A stretch of DNA of 32,000 nucleotides. Origin: Candidatus Nanogingivalaceae bacterium. GTDB lineage: Bacteria; Patescibacteriota; Saccharimonadia; Saccharimonadales; Saccharimonadaceae. The notes under the pieces were generated by a model. It was given only the letters and a program-made list of their open reading frames with translations, had not been told where the DNA came from and ran no database searches. Position 1 is the stretch's first letter. Every line of letters begins with the position of its first letter. The DNA lies in NCBI GenBank assembly GCA_015257795.3, contig CP072208.2:300001-332000 (forward strand), read 5' to 3'. A program made the translations under genes and the position numbers. This document shows positions 21,736-31,806 of this stretch, one piece after another.

Positions 21736-22998
21736 ATGAAACTTAAAGATGCGATGTTCTATTATAACTTAGAGAAAGTTATTTCTTCGATTAGTAAAAG
21801 GCAAAAAATGCTTTCTTCTAGCTTTAGCTACGAAGAATTTCTCGAAATCGAATTATCAGATGAAAGTGCTAAAATTCTTCGTGAAATTAAAATTCCAAGC
21901 AAGCCTTCAGAAGATATTTTGCAAAAAATTGAAATAATCATCTTGTTGTTGTTAAGAATTGATCCGGAAGCTCCCGATAAAAAACTCGGTTGGCGCTCTA
22001 ATGAGAAACTTCATTCGTTCTCGATTGAAACCATTAAGGCTCTAATACCGCTGTTGTTTTTCCCTAAAGCTTCGCCTCGTTTTTTGGTTGAGTTAGTGAA
22101 TCTTCTTACCACTAAAAAACTGCCCGAAGAAATGGCTGCTGTATTTGTGCTTTCTTTGATTGATGTTGGTAAAATACAAAGTTTGCAGATTTTTAACGAT
22201 ATCGATCATCACAATATTAAAAAAATCGATAACAAGCTTATTGGGTTTATCAATGAGAATATTTCGTTCTATTACTATAATTTATATATGCTAATGGGAC
22301 CAGATTACCGACGCGAATTCTGGAAGTGGATTTCTTTAAGAGGCTTGGATATTCTAAAAAATCCGGCTGCACGCTTTTTTGAAACTAAATCATATTTTGA
22401 AGATGTTTATGAAGAAGAATCAAAAAGGTATATTTTAGAAGAAATTCGTCGTCGTCGTCGTCAAATAGAAGTATTTTCGAAAGATTCAAACGGCGAATAT
22501 ATTACTATTTCGAAAATCTACAACTGGAGTGAAGAATACGAAAAGATCACTGCAGAAATTAGAGACTTTCCAAGGAAATTTCAGCGATCAAAAGTTGGTG
22601 AAAGCAATAAGCATCATATGTTTTTACCTTCAGGAAGCTATAAATCACCGTTCCCAATTTTTGAATATCGAAGACGAAAGATAAACAAAATTAGAATTTC
22701 AAAACTAGCCCATGAACAAATGAATTCTGCAATTCACAAGTTTAGTAGTAAATATGAAATTCCAATTCTAACAAACGATTTTCTTTCAGTTTTAAGAAAT
22801 CACCGTGAACCTTATAGAGACGAATATCTTAATTTCTTAGGTTTAATGCAAGCTTTTTGTGAAATTTGTTTAAAACTTGAGCCAACGGAAGAACAGATCG
22901 AGGAAAACAACGTTTCAGGATTCTTTATGTTATCTGCAAGATTTTATGATTTATTTGTTCTACAACACGAATTTATCAATCTTAAAACGATTCGATAA
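21736..22998 (+). CDS. hypothetical protein (420 aa), no recognisable domain
   Basis: Long ORF with strong promoter and SD signals. Helix-rich by composition, with one RRRRRQ basic patch. No motif I can name. Confidence 0.65.
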   Translation: MKLKDAMFYYNLEKVISSISKRQKMLSSSFSYEEFLEIELSDESAKILREIKIPSKPSEDILQKIEIIILLLLRIDPEAPDKKLGWRSNEKLHSFSIETIKALIPLLFFPKASPRFLVELVNLLTTKKLPEEMAAVFVLSLIDVGKIQSLQIFNDIDHHNIKKIDNKLIGFINENISFYYYNLYMLMGPDYRREFWKWISLRGLDILKNPAARFFETKSYFEDVYEEESKRYILEEIRRRRRQIEVFSKDSNGEYITISKIYNWSEEYEKITAEIRDFPRKFQRSKVGESNKHHMFLPSGSYKSPFPIFEYRRRKINKIRISKLAHEQMNSAIHKFSSKYEIPILTNDFLSVLRNHREPYRDEYLNFLGLMQAFCEICLKLEPTEEQIEENNVSGFFMLSARFYDLFVLQHEFINLKTIR

Positions 22999-23007
22999 AT
23001 AAAAAAT

Positions 23008-23039
23008 AAACCGCAAAGTTAATTCATTTGCGGTTTTTT
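23008..23039. terminator. bidirectional terminator between convergent genes
   Basis: Hairpin ccgcaaa/tttgcgg (23011-23033) flanked by an A-run and a T-run. Confidence 0.65.
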
Positions 23040-24795
23040 AAAATCGAAGTTTTAGAAGTCGTACAAAACTCTTCAGAATTGGCTCTTTCGAACGATCTTC
23101 TTTTTCGATATCTTCAATCATTTGAATCTCATCTGAAATTATTCCATCAATCGGCTCTTGAAGATATCTAGAGATTTCGCTTTGCGTATTTAATGTCCAG
23201 ACAAAAATTTTGCGATGTTTTTTGTGTGCCTTGAATGCCAAACCGCTACGATATGAAAAATCTTCAATCACATAAAAATCAATTTTAGAATCATCAAAGT
23301 CGCCAAATTGAATTGGAATCACAAAACCAGTTTCAATCGCAGGATCAATTCTTTCAATCTTTCTCATTAAATCCAAATCTAAAGACATCACCTTGAAAGT
23401 TTTTTCAACGCCAAGTTTTCGAAACTTTTTTATAAACATTTCTGCAAAATCTTCGGGCTCATCACCGCTTGGCTTGATTTCAACTAATAGTTTGATATTT
23501 ATTTTTTTAGCTTTATTAACGTATTCTTCGAAAGTTGGAATTCGGCTTTCAAAATTGTTTTCGCGGATAGTTAAAGTTTTAATTTCATCAAGTGTTAAAT
23601 CTCGAACACGTGCGTTTCGGCCAGTCAATCTTTGTAGATTATAGTCATGCATAACGACGAAATGATTATCACGAGTTAACTGAATATCCAGTTCGGCATA
23701 ATCGGCGCCAATCTTCTTTGCGGATTCAAGCGCCTCTAACGAATTCTCCACGCCACCATGAACATTTCCACGGTGCGCAATTTTCAAAATTTTAGTATCA
23801 ACCTTTCGATAATAGATTTGAATCCCGTTAGTGAAAGTTGCCCCCATTAAAAGCACAATCATCAAGAGTGCGAAAGTTTTCGAGTGCTTTTTTTGCTGAG
23901 TTGGTTTTGGGTTGCTTTTTAAATTTTTCGAGTCTAAAATTTCCAGCAAAACAATCACGATCGATATCTTTGTTAACACTGAAAGCGCAAAAAAGGCAGC
24001 ATCAAAGATTGTCTGTAAGATTGTTTGCACAATTAAAAAGCCTAAAATTTCTTTTAATCCTCCAAGAAGCGTAACGGTTATCAACATAAAGATTAGAGTT
24101 GCAGTAAGAAAAATAATTTCGAAAATACCGATTGGAATTAAGATTTGCGCCATCTTCTTATGAGTATCTTTCCAGCTCGCCTTAATACTTTTCGAAAGTG
24201 GTTCGTCTTTTAGGATTGTTCGTGGTAAGGTAAAAATTAACCGAAGATTAACATAAAAAATCATTATAACCAAGACAATACACATTATTAATCCAGCTGG
24301 CGTTTTTGATATTTCACCAGTAATAAAAGCCGGAATTCGAAGTTTTTCGGTTATAGTTGAAGAAAGGCCTAGATTTTCAAGGGGTACCATCGATATAAAA
24401 TAAACTATAAAAAAGAAAATTTGAAAGCTAAGTAGGCTTCTCATTTTTAAAAATGCTTTCGAAAAAACTCTTTTTAATGAAAAACTTTCACTATCTTTAC
24501 GTGAATTTATAAAAGTTACTAGAACAAAAAACTCAATAAATGTTAAAAATGCCACTAGAAGAACATATATTGCACAAAATAAAAAGCTCAAGGGATTTGA
24601 GAATAATAAATAAAAATTATCTTTAGTAAGGTTCTCTTGGTTTGAGAATAATAAAATCAATTTAAAAACCCAAAAAAGCGCATTAACTCCAAAAATAGAC
24701 ATTGTAAAATGCAGGATTGAAGTTCCTATCAAAAAACCATATTTATTCTTATAGAAATAACACCAAGACCGTTTAAATATTTTTATTGCATTCAT
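23038..24795 (-). CDS. membrane-bound glycerophosphodiester phosphodiesterase (multi-TM N-terminal domain + GDPD domain)
   Basis: 585 aa. About 7 hydrophobic segments in the first ~330 aa, then the GDPD signature IAHRGNVHGGVENSLEALESAKKIGADYAELDIQLTRDNHFVVMHD. Confidence 0.85.
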   Translation of the reverse strand: MNAIKIFKRSWCYFYKNKYGFLIGTSILHFTMSIFGVNALFWVFKLILLFSNQENLTKDNFYLLFSNPLSFLFCAIYVLLVAFLTFIEFFVLVTFINSRKDSESFSLKRVFSKAFLKMRSLLSFQIFFFIVYFISMVPLENLGLSSTITEKLRIPAFITGEISKTPAGLIMCIVLVIMIFYVNLRLIFTLPRTILKDEPLSKSIKASWKDTHKKMAQILIPIGIFEIIFLTATLIFMLITVTLLGGLKEILGFLIVQTILQTIFDAAFFALSVLTKISIVIVLLEILDSKNLKSNPKPTQQKKHSKTFALLMIVLLMGATFTNGIQIYYRKVDTKILKIAHRGNVHGGVENSLEALESAKKIGADYAELDIQLTRDNHFVVMHDYNLQRLTGRNARVRDLTLDEIKTLTIRENNFESRIPTFEEYVNKAKKINIKLLVEIKPSGDEPEDFAEMFIKKFRKLGVEKTFKVMSLDLDLMRKIERIDPAIETGFVIPIQFGDFDDSKIDFYVIEDFSYRSGLAFKAHKKHRKIFVWTLNTQSEISRYLQEPIDGIISDEIQMIEDIEKEDRSKEPILKSFVRLLKLRF

Positions 24796-24863
24796 AATTA
24801 TTTTTAAGATTATAAGTTATTCATAGATTTTAACACACTTTCCATTAAAAATAAAGCTTACAT

Positions 24864-24892
24864 TTGCCTTAAAGCCTGAAAAATGATATAAT
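24864..24892 (+). promoter_or_regulatory. promoter of the 240-aa gene
   Basis: TTGCCT (24864-24869), 17-nt spacer, TGa-TATAAT (-10 at 24887-24892). GGAGG SD 7 nt before the ATG at 24925. Confidence 0.55.
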
Positions 24893-24924
24893 AACAAATA
24901 GTTCATATTTTTGGAGGTACTTTT

Positions 24925-25647
24925 ATGATAATGAGAATTTTTAAACCTAAAACTAAGTTAATTGAAACTTTTAATAATTTAGGCGATGAAAAAGATAAAA
25001 TTGCAAAACAAATCACATCCGCTTTAGAAGAAACACACAGTTGGTATAGACGTACGGATTTCTTTTCAAGGGATGAGTGGTTTTTTATTCGAAAAAAAGG
25101 AAGAGTTGTGGCAGCTATAGCTCTACAATCTTTTAAGAAAGTCAAGAAAGAAAAAAGAATCATTGATATTTATGAAATTATCGACTTTATAAATATCAGC
25201 AATGGCGAATATAAAGCTACACGAGAAGAGTTATACCGACTATTTAATGAAATTGTAAACTATGCAAAAAAATCACAAAAAATTGATTATTTAGTTTATG
25301 CAATTCCAAAAATTGATGCACGACTAATGGTAGAAACAGGCTTTAATGCACATCTGTTAAGTAAAACAATTTATATTAATGCTGGTGTTATAGACACACT
25401 ACTAGATCGACTCGCGGAAAACATTGATAAAGATTACTCTAACGACGAAGTTTTTGCGCTTTTTAATGAGGAGCTATTTCATCGAAATCAATGCTTTAAC
25501 CCAAACGACATACCGAAGCCATTGAAAAATGAAATAAAGGTTATTCAAAAGAATAGAAAGTTTTTAGAAAAGTTCTCAGAATACCATCCGGATAAACCTA
25601 TTTATCCAGGACTACTCGTTGGCCTCAGTGTACGGTCAAGAAAATAA
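24925..25647 (+). CDS. hypothetical protein (240 aa), weak GNAT-like pattern in the N-terminal half
   Basis: Complete ORF with a strong SD. The segment GRVVAAIALQ...IDIYEI...LFNEIVNYAKKSQKIDYLVYAIPKIDARLMVETGFN resembles the GNAT beta4-alpha3...GF layout but lacks a clear Q/RxxGxG/A motif. Confidence 0.55.
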   Translation: MIMRIFKPKTKLIETFNNLGDEKDKIAKQITSALEETHSWYRRTDFFSRDEWFFIRKKGRVVAAIALQSFKKVKKEKRIIDIYEIIDFINISNGEYKATREELYRLFNEIVNYAKKSQKIDYLVYAIPKIDARLMVETGFNAHLLSKTIYINAGVIDTLLDRLAENIDKDYSNDEVFALFNEELFHRNQCFNPNDIPKPLKNEIKVIQKNRKFLEKFSEYHPDKPIYPGLLVGLSVRSRK

Positions 25648-25651
25648 TTCT

Positions 25652-25673
25652 AACCCTCGGTGAGGGTTTTTTA
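25652..25673 (+). terminator. Rho-independent terminator
   Basis: Hairpin aaccctc-ggt-gagggtt (25652-25668) followed by a T-run. Confidence 0.65.
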
Positions 25674-25686
25674 TTAATTTAAAAAC

Positions 25687-25695
25687 TGTTATAAT
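25687..25695 (+). promoter_or_regulatory. extended -10 promoter placed for a leaderless P-type ATPase mRNA
   Basis: TGt-TATAAT (25687-25695), then 7 nt to the ATG at 25703. No SD and no clear -35 (that position is the terminator T-run). Confidence 0.5.
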
Positions 25696-25702
25696 ATATT
25701 AC

Positions 25703-28036
25703 ATGAAACATATCCGTACAATAATTTTTAGAAACTTTATTTCACCAATATCGATTGCTATCTTTATTCTTGCTGGCGGGCTTTTACTTGTTGGCGAGCA
25801 TCGTGATGCGTGGTTTATTTCTTTTGTGATTTTAGTTAATTCGTTCATTGGTAGCATTCAAGAAATCCGTGCCTATTTAACTCTTCGAAAAATCGAACTG
25901 ATGAGTGCTCCACGTGCTCGAATTTTTAGAGATGGACAAACAGAAGAAGTCCTCTTCACTGAATTAAAAACCGGTGATAGAATTTTACTAAAAACCGGTG
26001 ATGAAATTCCTGCGGATGCAAAAATCATTAAATCAAACTCTTTTGAGGTTAACGAATCTATCTTGACTGGTGAAAGTGATTCAATTCCTAAAAAAGTTGG
26101 TGATAAAATTCTTTCGAGTGCAATTGTTGTTGCGGGCGATGCTGAAGCAGAAGTCATTGCTGTCGGAGATGAAACTGAGGCTGGCCAAATGACAGCTAAA
26201 TTAAAAAACTACAAACCAAAACTAACACCAATTCAACAAAAAATTTCAAAGCTAATCTCCCGATTAAGCTGGTTTGCTCTTGCACTTACAGCAATAATTT
26301 GCGTAGTTTATTTCTTTATTTTTAAAGAAGACCCTACTACTATTCTAAAAACAATCACATCTGCTGCGGTCGTTGTGGTGCCGGAAGGACTTTTGTTGGC
26401 AAGTTCGCTATTTTTTGCCTACGGTTCTTTAAAACTACTTCAAGCAAAAGTTTTACCGCAAAAAATTTCTGCCATTGAGGATATGGCTTTATTGGAAGTT
26501 CTAGCGACAGATAAAACCGGAACGTTAACTTCTCCCGAAATCAAGTTTAATTCTTGTGAGATTTTAGACAAAAACCTTTCTAAAGAACAAATTGGTGAAA
26601 TCTTAAACGCTTTAAACTCAGAATCTGCCGAGAAAAATGCAACAGCACAGGCTATTCTTAACGAGTTTTCTTCAAAAGGAAATATAAAAATTACAGACTA
26701 TATGGCCTTTTCGAGCTCGCGAAAACTTTCCGGGATGAGCTTTCGAAAAGACTCCACAGATGAACAATCTATAGTTTTTGGTGCCCCAGAATTTATCTTA
26801 AGAAACCTAGATAATAGCATAAAATCTACCGATATTACAGATAAAATTAATGATTTAGCATCACAAGGTTTTCGTGTTCTCTTGCTTGCAAAATTCAATA
26901 AAGCTGGAAAAATAAAAGATCTGCTAGAATCTGAAAAACTTCAACCTCTTGCAGTTATTACCCTTAAAAATGCTTTACGTGAAAATGTTCAAGAAACGGT
27001 TGCATTTTTGCAAAATAGAGGTGTTTCGATTCGTGTTATTTCCGGGGACAATCCTCGAACAGTTAGCTTTATCGCTTCTGAAGCAGGTATTAAAAATGCC
27101 GAAAAATATATTACCGGCGCAGAATTAAAAGAGCTTTCGAAAAAAGATTTTGAGAAAGCGGTTCTTGAAAATACTATTTTTGCACGTGTCCTACCGGAAC
27201 AAAAAGAGAAAATTATTGGCATTTTTCAAAAAAATAAATTCTACACCGGAATGATTGGTGATGGAGTAAATGATGCTTTAGCAATCAAAAAGTCCGACCT
27301 TGGAATTTCGATGTTTGATGGTGCTCCAGCAACTCGACGGGTTGCAGATTTGGTTTTAATGGATAACTCTTTCACCTCTTTACCTAGTGGCGTTGAAATT
27401 GGTAACAGAATCATGCTCTCAATTGAGATGATCGCAATTTTGTTCTTTCATAAAATCATTTTGGGTGTAACAATTCTTTTTGCCACAATGATTGCGGGAA
27501 TAAACTATCCTTTTCTACCAAGACATATCACTTATATGAATTTTATTTTAGTTACATTACCAACGGTTTTAACCACACTATTTCCACCAATCCCTAAACA
27601 TAAAATTAACCCAAAAAATTTCTGGCGCGATACGCTTTATGCAATTTTACCAATTGCAATCTTGAGCGGATTGGCCATTTCGTTCATTTATATCGGTCTT
27701 CATGTCCGAACTGGCGGACTACTCACTAATCGGGCGATGATGCACGGAATTCTTGCAACAGTAGTAATTACAACTGCTTGGTTTGGTGTTTTTGCGACGA
27801 TTCTAAGCGAAGTATTTTTGGGCTCAAAACCGTCAAAAAATAACGACATTCGAAGAGGCTTATATATATTAGGAACACTATTGTTTACCGCGGTTATATT
27901 TAGCACACCTATTTTGCGTGAATTCTTCGAATTTAATATTCCAAACACTAGCCAATTCTGGTTTGTCTCTTCAGTAATAATCCTAGTATCTGTAGCTCAA
28001 TTATTTATTGCTTCGCGGCATCATGAAGAAGACTAA
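25703..28036 (+). CDS. cation-transporting P-type ATPase (type II-like, Ca2+/Mg2+ class; ion not determinable)
   Basis: 777 aa. Actuator LTGESDS, phosphorylation site DKTGTLT, hinge GDGVNDA. Multiple TM segments at both ends. Confidence 0.9.
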   Translation: MKHIRTIIFRNFISPISIAIFILAGGLLLVGEHRDAWFISFVILVNSFIGSIQEIRAYLTLRKIELMSAPRARIFRDGQTEEVLFTELKTGDRILLKTGDEIPADAKIIKSNSFEVNESILTGESDSIPKKVGDKILSSAIVVAGDAEAEVIAVGDETEAGQMTAKLKNYKPKLTPIQQKISKLISRLSWFALALTAIICVVYFFIFKEDPTTILKTITSAAVVVVPEGLLLASSLFFAYGSLKLLQAKVLPQKISAIEDMALLEVLATDKTGTLTSPEIKFNSCEILDKNLSKEQIGEILNALNSESAEKNATAQAILNEFSSKGNIKITDYMAFSSSRKLSGMSFRKDSTDEQSIVFGAPEFILRNLDNSIKSTDITDKINDLASQGFRVLLLAKFNKAGKIKDLLESEKLQPLAVITLKNALRENVQETVAFLQNRGVSIRVISGDNPRTVSFIASEAGIKNAEKYITGAELKELSKKDFEKAVLENTIFARVLPEQKEKIIGIFQKNKFYTGMIGDGVNDALAIKKSDLGISMFDGAPATRRVADLVLMDNSFTSLPSGVEIGNRIMLSIEMIAILFFHKIILGVTILFATMIAGINYPFLPRHITYMNFILVTLPTVLTTLFPPIPKHKINPKNFWRDTLYAILPIAILSGLAISFIYIGLHVRTGGLLTNRAMMHGILATVVITTAWFGVFATILSEVFLGSKPSKNNDIRRGLYILGTLLFTAVIFSTPILREFFEFNIPNTSQFWFVSSVIILVSVAQLFIASRHHEED

Positions 28037-28061
28037 TCAGCAGTAATAATATTTATATTTT

Positions 28062-28091
28062 AAAAGACAGCCCTCGTTTGACTGTCTTTTA
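28062..28091. terminator. bidirectional terminator between convergent genes
   Basis: Hairpin aaagacag/ctgtcttt (28063-28089) with an 11-nt loop, flanked by A/T runs. Confidence 0.55.
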
Positions 28092-28093
28092 TT

Positions 28094-28762
28094 CTACATT
28101 GTTATTTTTTTAGTTGAAATAGATTTATTAGATATTCGATTTTGTTTTAACGCTCTGCGGTCATCCTTCAGAGATTCAAGTTTATCCTTGATTTCTTTCG
28201 CTTTCTCAAGATCTTCAACCTTTAGATATAGAGCGCCTAGACTCCGTAGAATTTGTGGCCTTTCATCCAACTCGGCTGCTTTCTCTAAGGCGGAAATAGC
28301 TAGTTTGTCTTTTCCTAGTTTTTCAAGTGCGCGAGCATATGCAATGTAGCGTGTTGGCATATTATCTTCAATTTCAAGAGCCTGCTCGAAAGCTAAAGCA
28401 GCCTTCTGATAGTTCTCTGTTTCAAGATATATGAGTCCAACATTATGCAGACTTGATGCACTGCTTTCTAAACTTTGTGCAATTTCGAAACACTCAATAG
28501 CGTCATCAAATTGCTTCTGTCCTGCATAAATGATACCTAATCTATTGTATGCGGTAGCATTTCGTTCATCAAAGCGTAAAATAGTTAATAAAACTTTTTC
28601 AGCACGAAGATACTTTCTATCAATAATCGCTTCTTGAGCAACTCGCCACAGTTTATCAATCTTAGCCGAAAGATTATCTGGCAATGTATTTTTTAGAACC
28701 TCATCGGATTTCTTCCAAAAAATATAAATACTCAATGCGATAATTAAAATCAACACTAACAT
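28094..28762 (-). CDS. membrane-anchored tetratricopeptide (TPR) repeat protein
   Basis: 222 aa. N-terminal TM (MLVLILIIALSIYIFW), then 4-5 TPR-like 34-mers (e.g. YNRLGIIYAGQKQFDDAIECFEIAQ, YQKAALAFEQALEIEDN, AISALEKAAELDE). Confidence 0.8.
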   Translation of the reverse strand: MLVLILIIALSIYIFWKKSDEVLKNTLPDNLSAKIDKLWRVAQEAIIDRKYLRAEKVLLTILRFDERNATAYNRLGIIYAGQKQFDDAIECFEIAQSLESSASSLHNVGLIYLETENYQKAALAFEQALEIEDNMPTRYIAYARALEKLGKDKLAISALEKAAELDERPQILRSLGALYLKVEDLEKAKEIKDKLESLKDDRRALKQNRISNKSISTKKITM

Positions 28763-28769
28763 GATTACT

Positions 28770-28799
28770 ATTATACCACAAGCGGTTATTTTTTTGCAA
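28770..28799 (-). promoter_or_regulatory. sigma70-type promoter placed for a leaderless TPR-protein mRNA
   Basis: Minus strand: TTGCAA (28799-28794), 18-nt spacer, TGg-TATAAT (-10 at 28775-28770), then 7 nt to the ATG at 28762. No SD. Confidence 0.55.
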
Positions 28800-28801
28800 A
28801 T

Positions 28802-29593
28802 CTATACTACCGCCACTGCGAGTAGAATCAGACTGACATTTCCATTTTTTGAAATTCTATCAAACGCATTTAAAATCTCCCTTGTTTTAAGCGCATTTTC
28901 TTTTGGACTTTGAGTAAAAGTTTGGCTTGTTATTTTTAATAGAATTTCTAGCACTTTTAAGGTTTTATCTCTATCGGATTTTAATATTTTTATAATTAAT
29001 ATTTTATCAAAGCGAGACCCCATAAACCATCGCTTAGCAATTTCGGCGTTCTCTATTTGCTCATTAAAGTATTTTTTACTATTTGAAAGTTTTTCAATTT
29101 CGCCAGGTAAACCATCCGCTAAAAAAAGAATTTTCTGTCTGTCTTGATCATCTAGCTTTGTTTTTTTAAACATATTTAATGATTCTATGGTGGAAATTGG
29201 TGGAATTCTTAAAATCTGCGCCCTCGATAAAATTGTTTTTTCGAAAGCATTTTTATTCTCGGTTAAAAGTAAAAATGAAGTATTCTTAGTAGGTTCCTCA
29301 AATATTTTTAAAAATTTATTTTGAGCAGCTTCATTCATTTTTTCTGCATTTACAAAAACAAAACAGCGCTTTTTCACACTTTTAACTTTAACTTTCTCTT
29401 GCAGAATTTCAATATCTTCCACATTAATACTTTCAGTTTTTTGTGTGCTGTGAATAGTTGGCTTAAATTTAATAACTTGTATTTCTTTTGGGAAATCTAT
29501 CTTTTTTAAGGCAAATTCAAAACCATATCCACGGGGAATTTCAATAATCGTGGCGTGTGAGTTTATGATAGTATTTTTGAAAAAATCATTCAT
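28802..29593 (-). CDS. holB: DNA polymerase III delta-prime-like clamp-loader subunit (short, P-loop not recognisable)
   Basis: 263 aa. AEKMNEAAQNKFLKIFEEPTKNTSFLLLTENKNAFEKTILSRAQILRI matches the sensor-1/SRC region of HolB/DnaX-family proteins. The N-terminus lacks a GxxGxGK motif. Confidence 0.7.
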   Translation of the reverse strand: MNDFFKNTIINSHATIIEIPRGYGFEFALKKIDFPKEIQVIKFKPTIHSTQKTESINVEDIEILQEKVKVKSVKKRCFVFVNAEKMNEAAQNKFLKIFEEPTKNTSFLLLTENKNAFEKTILSRAQILRIPPISTIESLNMFKKTKLDDQDRQKILFLADGLPGEIEKLSNSKKYFNEQIENAEIAKRWFMGSRFDKILIIKILKSDRDKTLKVLEILLKITSQTFTQSPKENALKTREILNAFDRISKNGNVSLILLAVAVV

Positions 29594-30779
29594 TGTGGTT
29601 TAATTTAAAACCTTCAGGAATTTCAGCTTCAAAAACCATTCTTTGCGAATCTTTTTCACCATTTTTTGGAGGAATCGTAATCTCGAGTGTTTGGGCATGT
29701 AAAAACATTCTTTGCTCAGATTCGGCTTTTGTGATAGTTTTATCGTAAACTCTATCGCCCAAAATCGGATGTTTTAAGTAACTTAAATGAACACGAAGTT
29801 GATGAGTTCGGCCAGTTTTTGGTGTTAGTTTTACCAGAGATAGTTCATTATTCTCATCTATAACTTCATATTTAGTTTGAGCGGTCTTTCCTTTGGCGTG
29901 CACCATAAAAGTACTCGGCGCAGAACCATTTCGTGCAATTGGTAGATCAATAATTGCTTTTTTAGGATTTAAGCTACCCTTAACTATTGCAAGATATGTC
30001 TTTTTTGTAGTTCTTTCTGAAAATTGCTTTTGTAGTTTTTTTGCAGTTTCATCGTTCTTTGCACCAATAATGACTCCCGATGTTTCCCTATCGAGACGGT
30101 GAACAATACCGACACGATTTGTACCTTTTGCAAACTTAGCACCACGACTTTCAAAAAAATCTGCAACAGTAAATTCATCATTTAAAACTCCTTTACTGTG
30201 CGTTAAGACACCCCGAGGCTTATTAATCACAACAACGTTCTCATCTTCAAAAATAATCGAAAAATCAACCTTTTCAACCTTTTTATCTGGAATACTAATT
30301 AAAATTTTCGATTTTTCGTCCACTAAATCTTTTGGTTTTTTCGCAAGTTTTCCATTAACTTCAACAAAACCATTTTTAATATATTTTTGAATTGTAGCAC
30401 GTGAAAATTCTGGATATTTTTCAGCTAAATAAACATCCAAACGCTTTTTCGACTGAATATTTTGGAAAAGATAAACGTCTTTACCTTCAAAAGGTATCGC
30501 GAAGCTCATCATTGAATCTAATGGATTTTCAATCAGACGTCCTTCGATTTCGCCAAAATTCTTACGCAAAATCTCTCGAATATAAGACTCATCATCTTCC
30601 GCGGTCCCATCAATAATAACAAAAAATTTATTCTTATTAAATTTAAATGTAAATATTTCTGAAAATTCGTCAGCCGAAATCTTTTTAAGCTCTTCAATAT
30701 TTCGTGGAACATTGTCTTCGTTCGCGATATTGAATTTTCGCAAAATCTTTAAAATATCACTCGAATTAAATTTCGCCAT
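29586..30779 (-). CDS. RluA/RluD-family pseudouridine synthase with S4 domain and an extra ~115-aa N-terminal region
   Basis: Track ORF trimmed to the ATG at 30779 (MAKFNSS...), which has GGAG upstream. S4-like [32 protein letters not shown]. Catalytic motif [16 protein letters not shown]. 8-nt overlap with holB. Confidence 0.85.
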   Translation of the reverse strand: MAKFNSSDILKILRKFNIANEDNVPRNIEELKKISADEFSEIFTFKFNKNKFFVIIDGTAEDDESYIREILRKNFGEIEGRLIENPLDSMMSFAIPFEGKDVYLFQNIQSKKRLDVYLAEKYPEFSRATIQKYIKNGFVEVNGKLAKKPKDLVDEKSKILISIPDKKVEKVDFSIIFEDENVVVINKPRGVLTHSKGVLNDEFTVADFFESRGAKFAKGTNRVGIVHRLDRETSGVIIGAKNDETAKKLQKQFSERTTKKTYLAIVKGSLNPKKAIIDLPIARNGSAPSTFMVHAKGKTAQTKYEVIDENNELSLVKLTPKTGRTHQLRVHLSYLKHPILGDRVYDKTITKAESEQRMFLHAQTLEITIPPKNGEKDSQRMVFEAEIPEGFKLNHNE

Positions 30780-31806
30780 TTTTATCTCCAAAATAGTCAA
30801 TTTTCATTGCACGTTTAACTTCTTGCAAAGTTTCCGCTGCAGCTTTTCGTGCCTTCACACTTCCTTCTTCGAGCATTTTATAAATAGCTCCGGGATCTTT
30901 CGCAAGCTCTTCACGCCTTTCTCGAATAGGTTTTAAAATCTTATCCATTTCTTCGATAAGGTATTTTTTAACCGCAACATCACCTAGTCCACCTTTTTGA
31001 TATTGCTTTTTCATTTCTTCAACCTTATTTTTATCTTCAGCAAAAACATCTAGATATGCAAAAACAACATTTCCTTCAACCTTACCCGGATCTTCAACCC
31101 TAATATGATCTGGATCCGTATACATTTTCATTACTTTTGCACGCATTTCTTCAAAAGAATCTGCAAGATAAATTCCATTATTTAAACTTTTACTCATCTT
31201 AGCATTCATACCATTAACACCCGGCAAACGGCGCTCAAGCCCTTCTTTCGAAAGAATAATTTCCGGCTCAACGAGAACTTCTGAATTATAAGCTTGATTA
31301 AAAGAACGCGCGATTTCACGAGTTAATTCAATCATCGGCGATTGGTCTTCACCGGCAGGAACATGAGTTGCTTTAAAAGCCGTAATGTCTGCGGCCTGCG
31401 AAATCGGATAAAACACAAAACCGCTTGGCACACCTTCGCCAAAGTTTTTCTGTTTAATCTCGGTTTTAACTGTTGGATTGCGTTCAAGACGCGAGATAGA
31501 AACTAAATTCGCATAAAACATTGCCAATTCAGGAAGTTGTGGAACCTGACTTTGAATAAAAATTGTCGTTTTCGAAGGGTCAATTCCAGCAGCTAAATAA
31601 TCCAATGCAACCTCAAGAACATTTTCACGAACTTTTTCAGGATTTTTTGCATTATCTGTTAAAGCTTGGGCGTCTGCAATCATTACAAACATCTCATATT
31701 CGCCTGAATTTTGTAGATCTACTCGGTTTTTCAATGACCCCACATAATGACCAATATGTAATTTTCCAGTCGGACGATCACCTGTTAAAATAATTTTTTT
31801 ACTCAT
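30766..31806 (-). CDS. trpS: tryptophan--tRNA ligase
   Basis: 346 aa. HIGH-type motif [10 protein letters not shown] and KMSKS motif present. Overall class Ic TrpRS pattern. Confidence 0.93.
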   Translation of the reverse strand: MSKKIILTGDRPTGKLHIGHYVGSLKNRVDLQNSGEYEMFVMIADAQALTDNAKNPEKVRENVLEVALDYLAAGIDPSKTTIFIQSQVPQLPELAMFYANLVSISRLERNPTVKTEIKQKNFGEGVPSGFVFYPISQAADITAFKATHVPAGEDQSPMIELTREIARSFNQAYNSEVLVEPEIILSKEGLERRLPGVNGMNAKMSKSLNNGIYLADSFEEMRAKVMKMYTDPDHIRVEDPGKVEGNVVFAYLDVFAEDKNKVEEMKKQYQKGGLGDVAVKKYLIEEMDKILKPIRERREELAKDPGAIYKMLEEGSVKARKAAAETLQEVKRAMKIDYFGDKNGEI

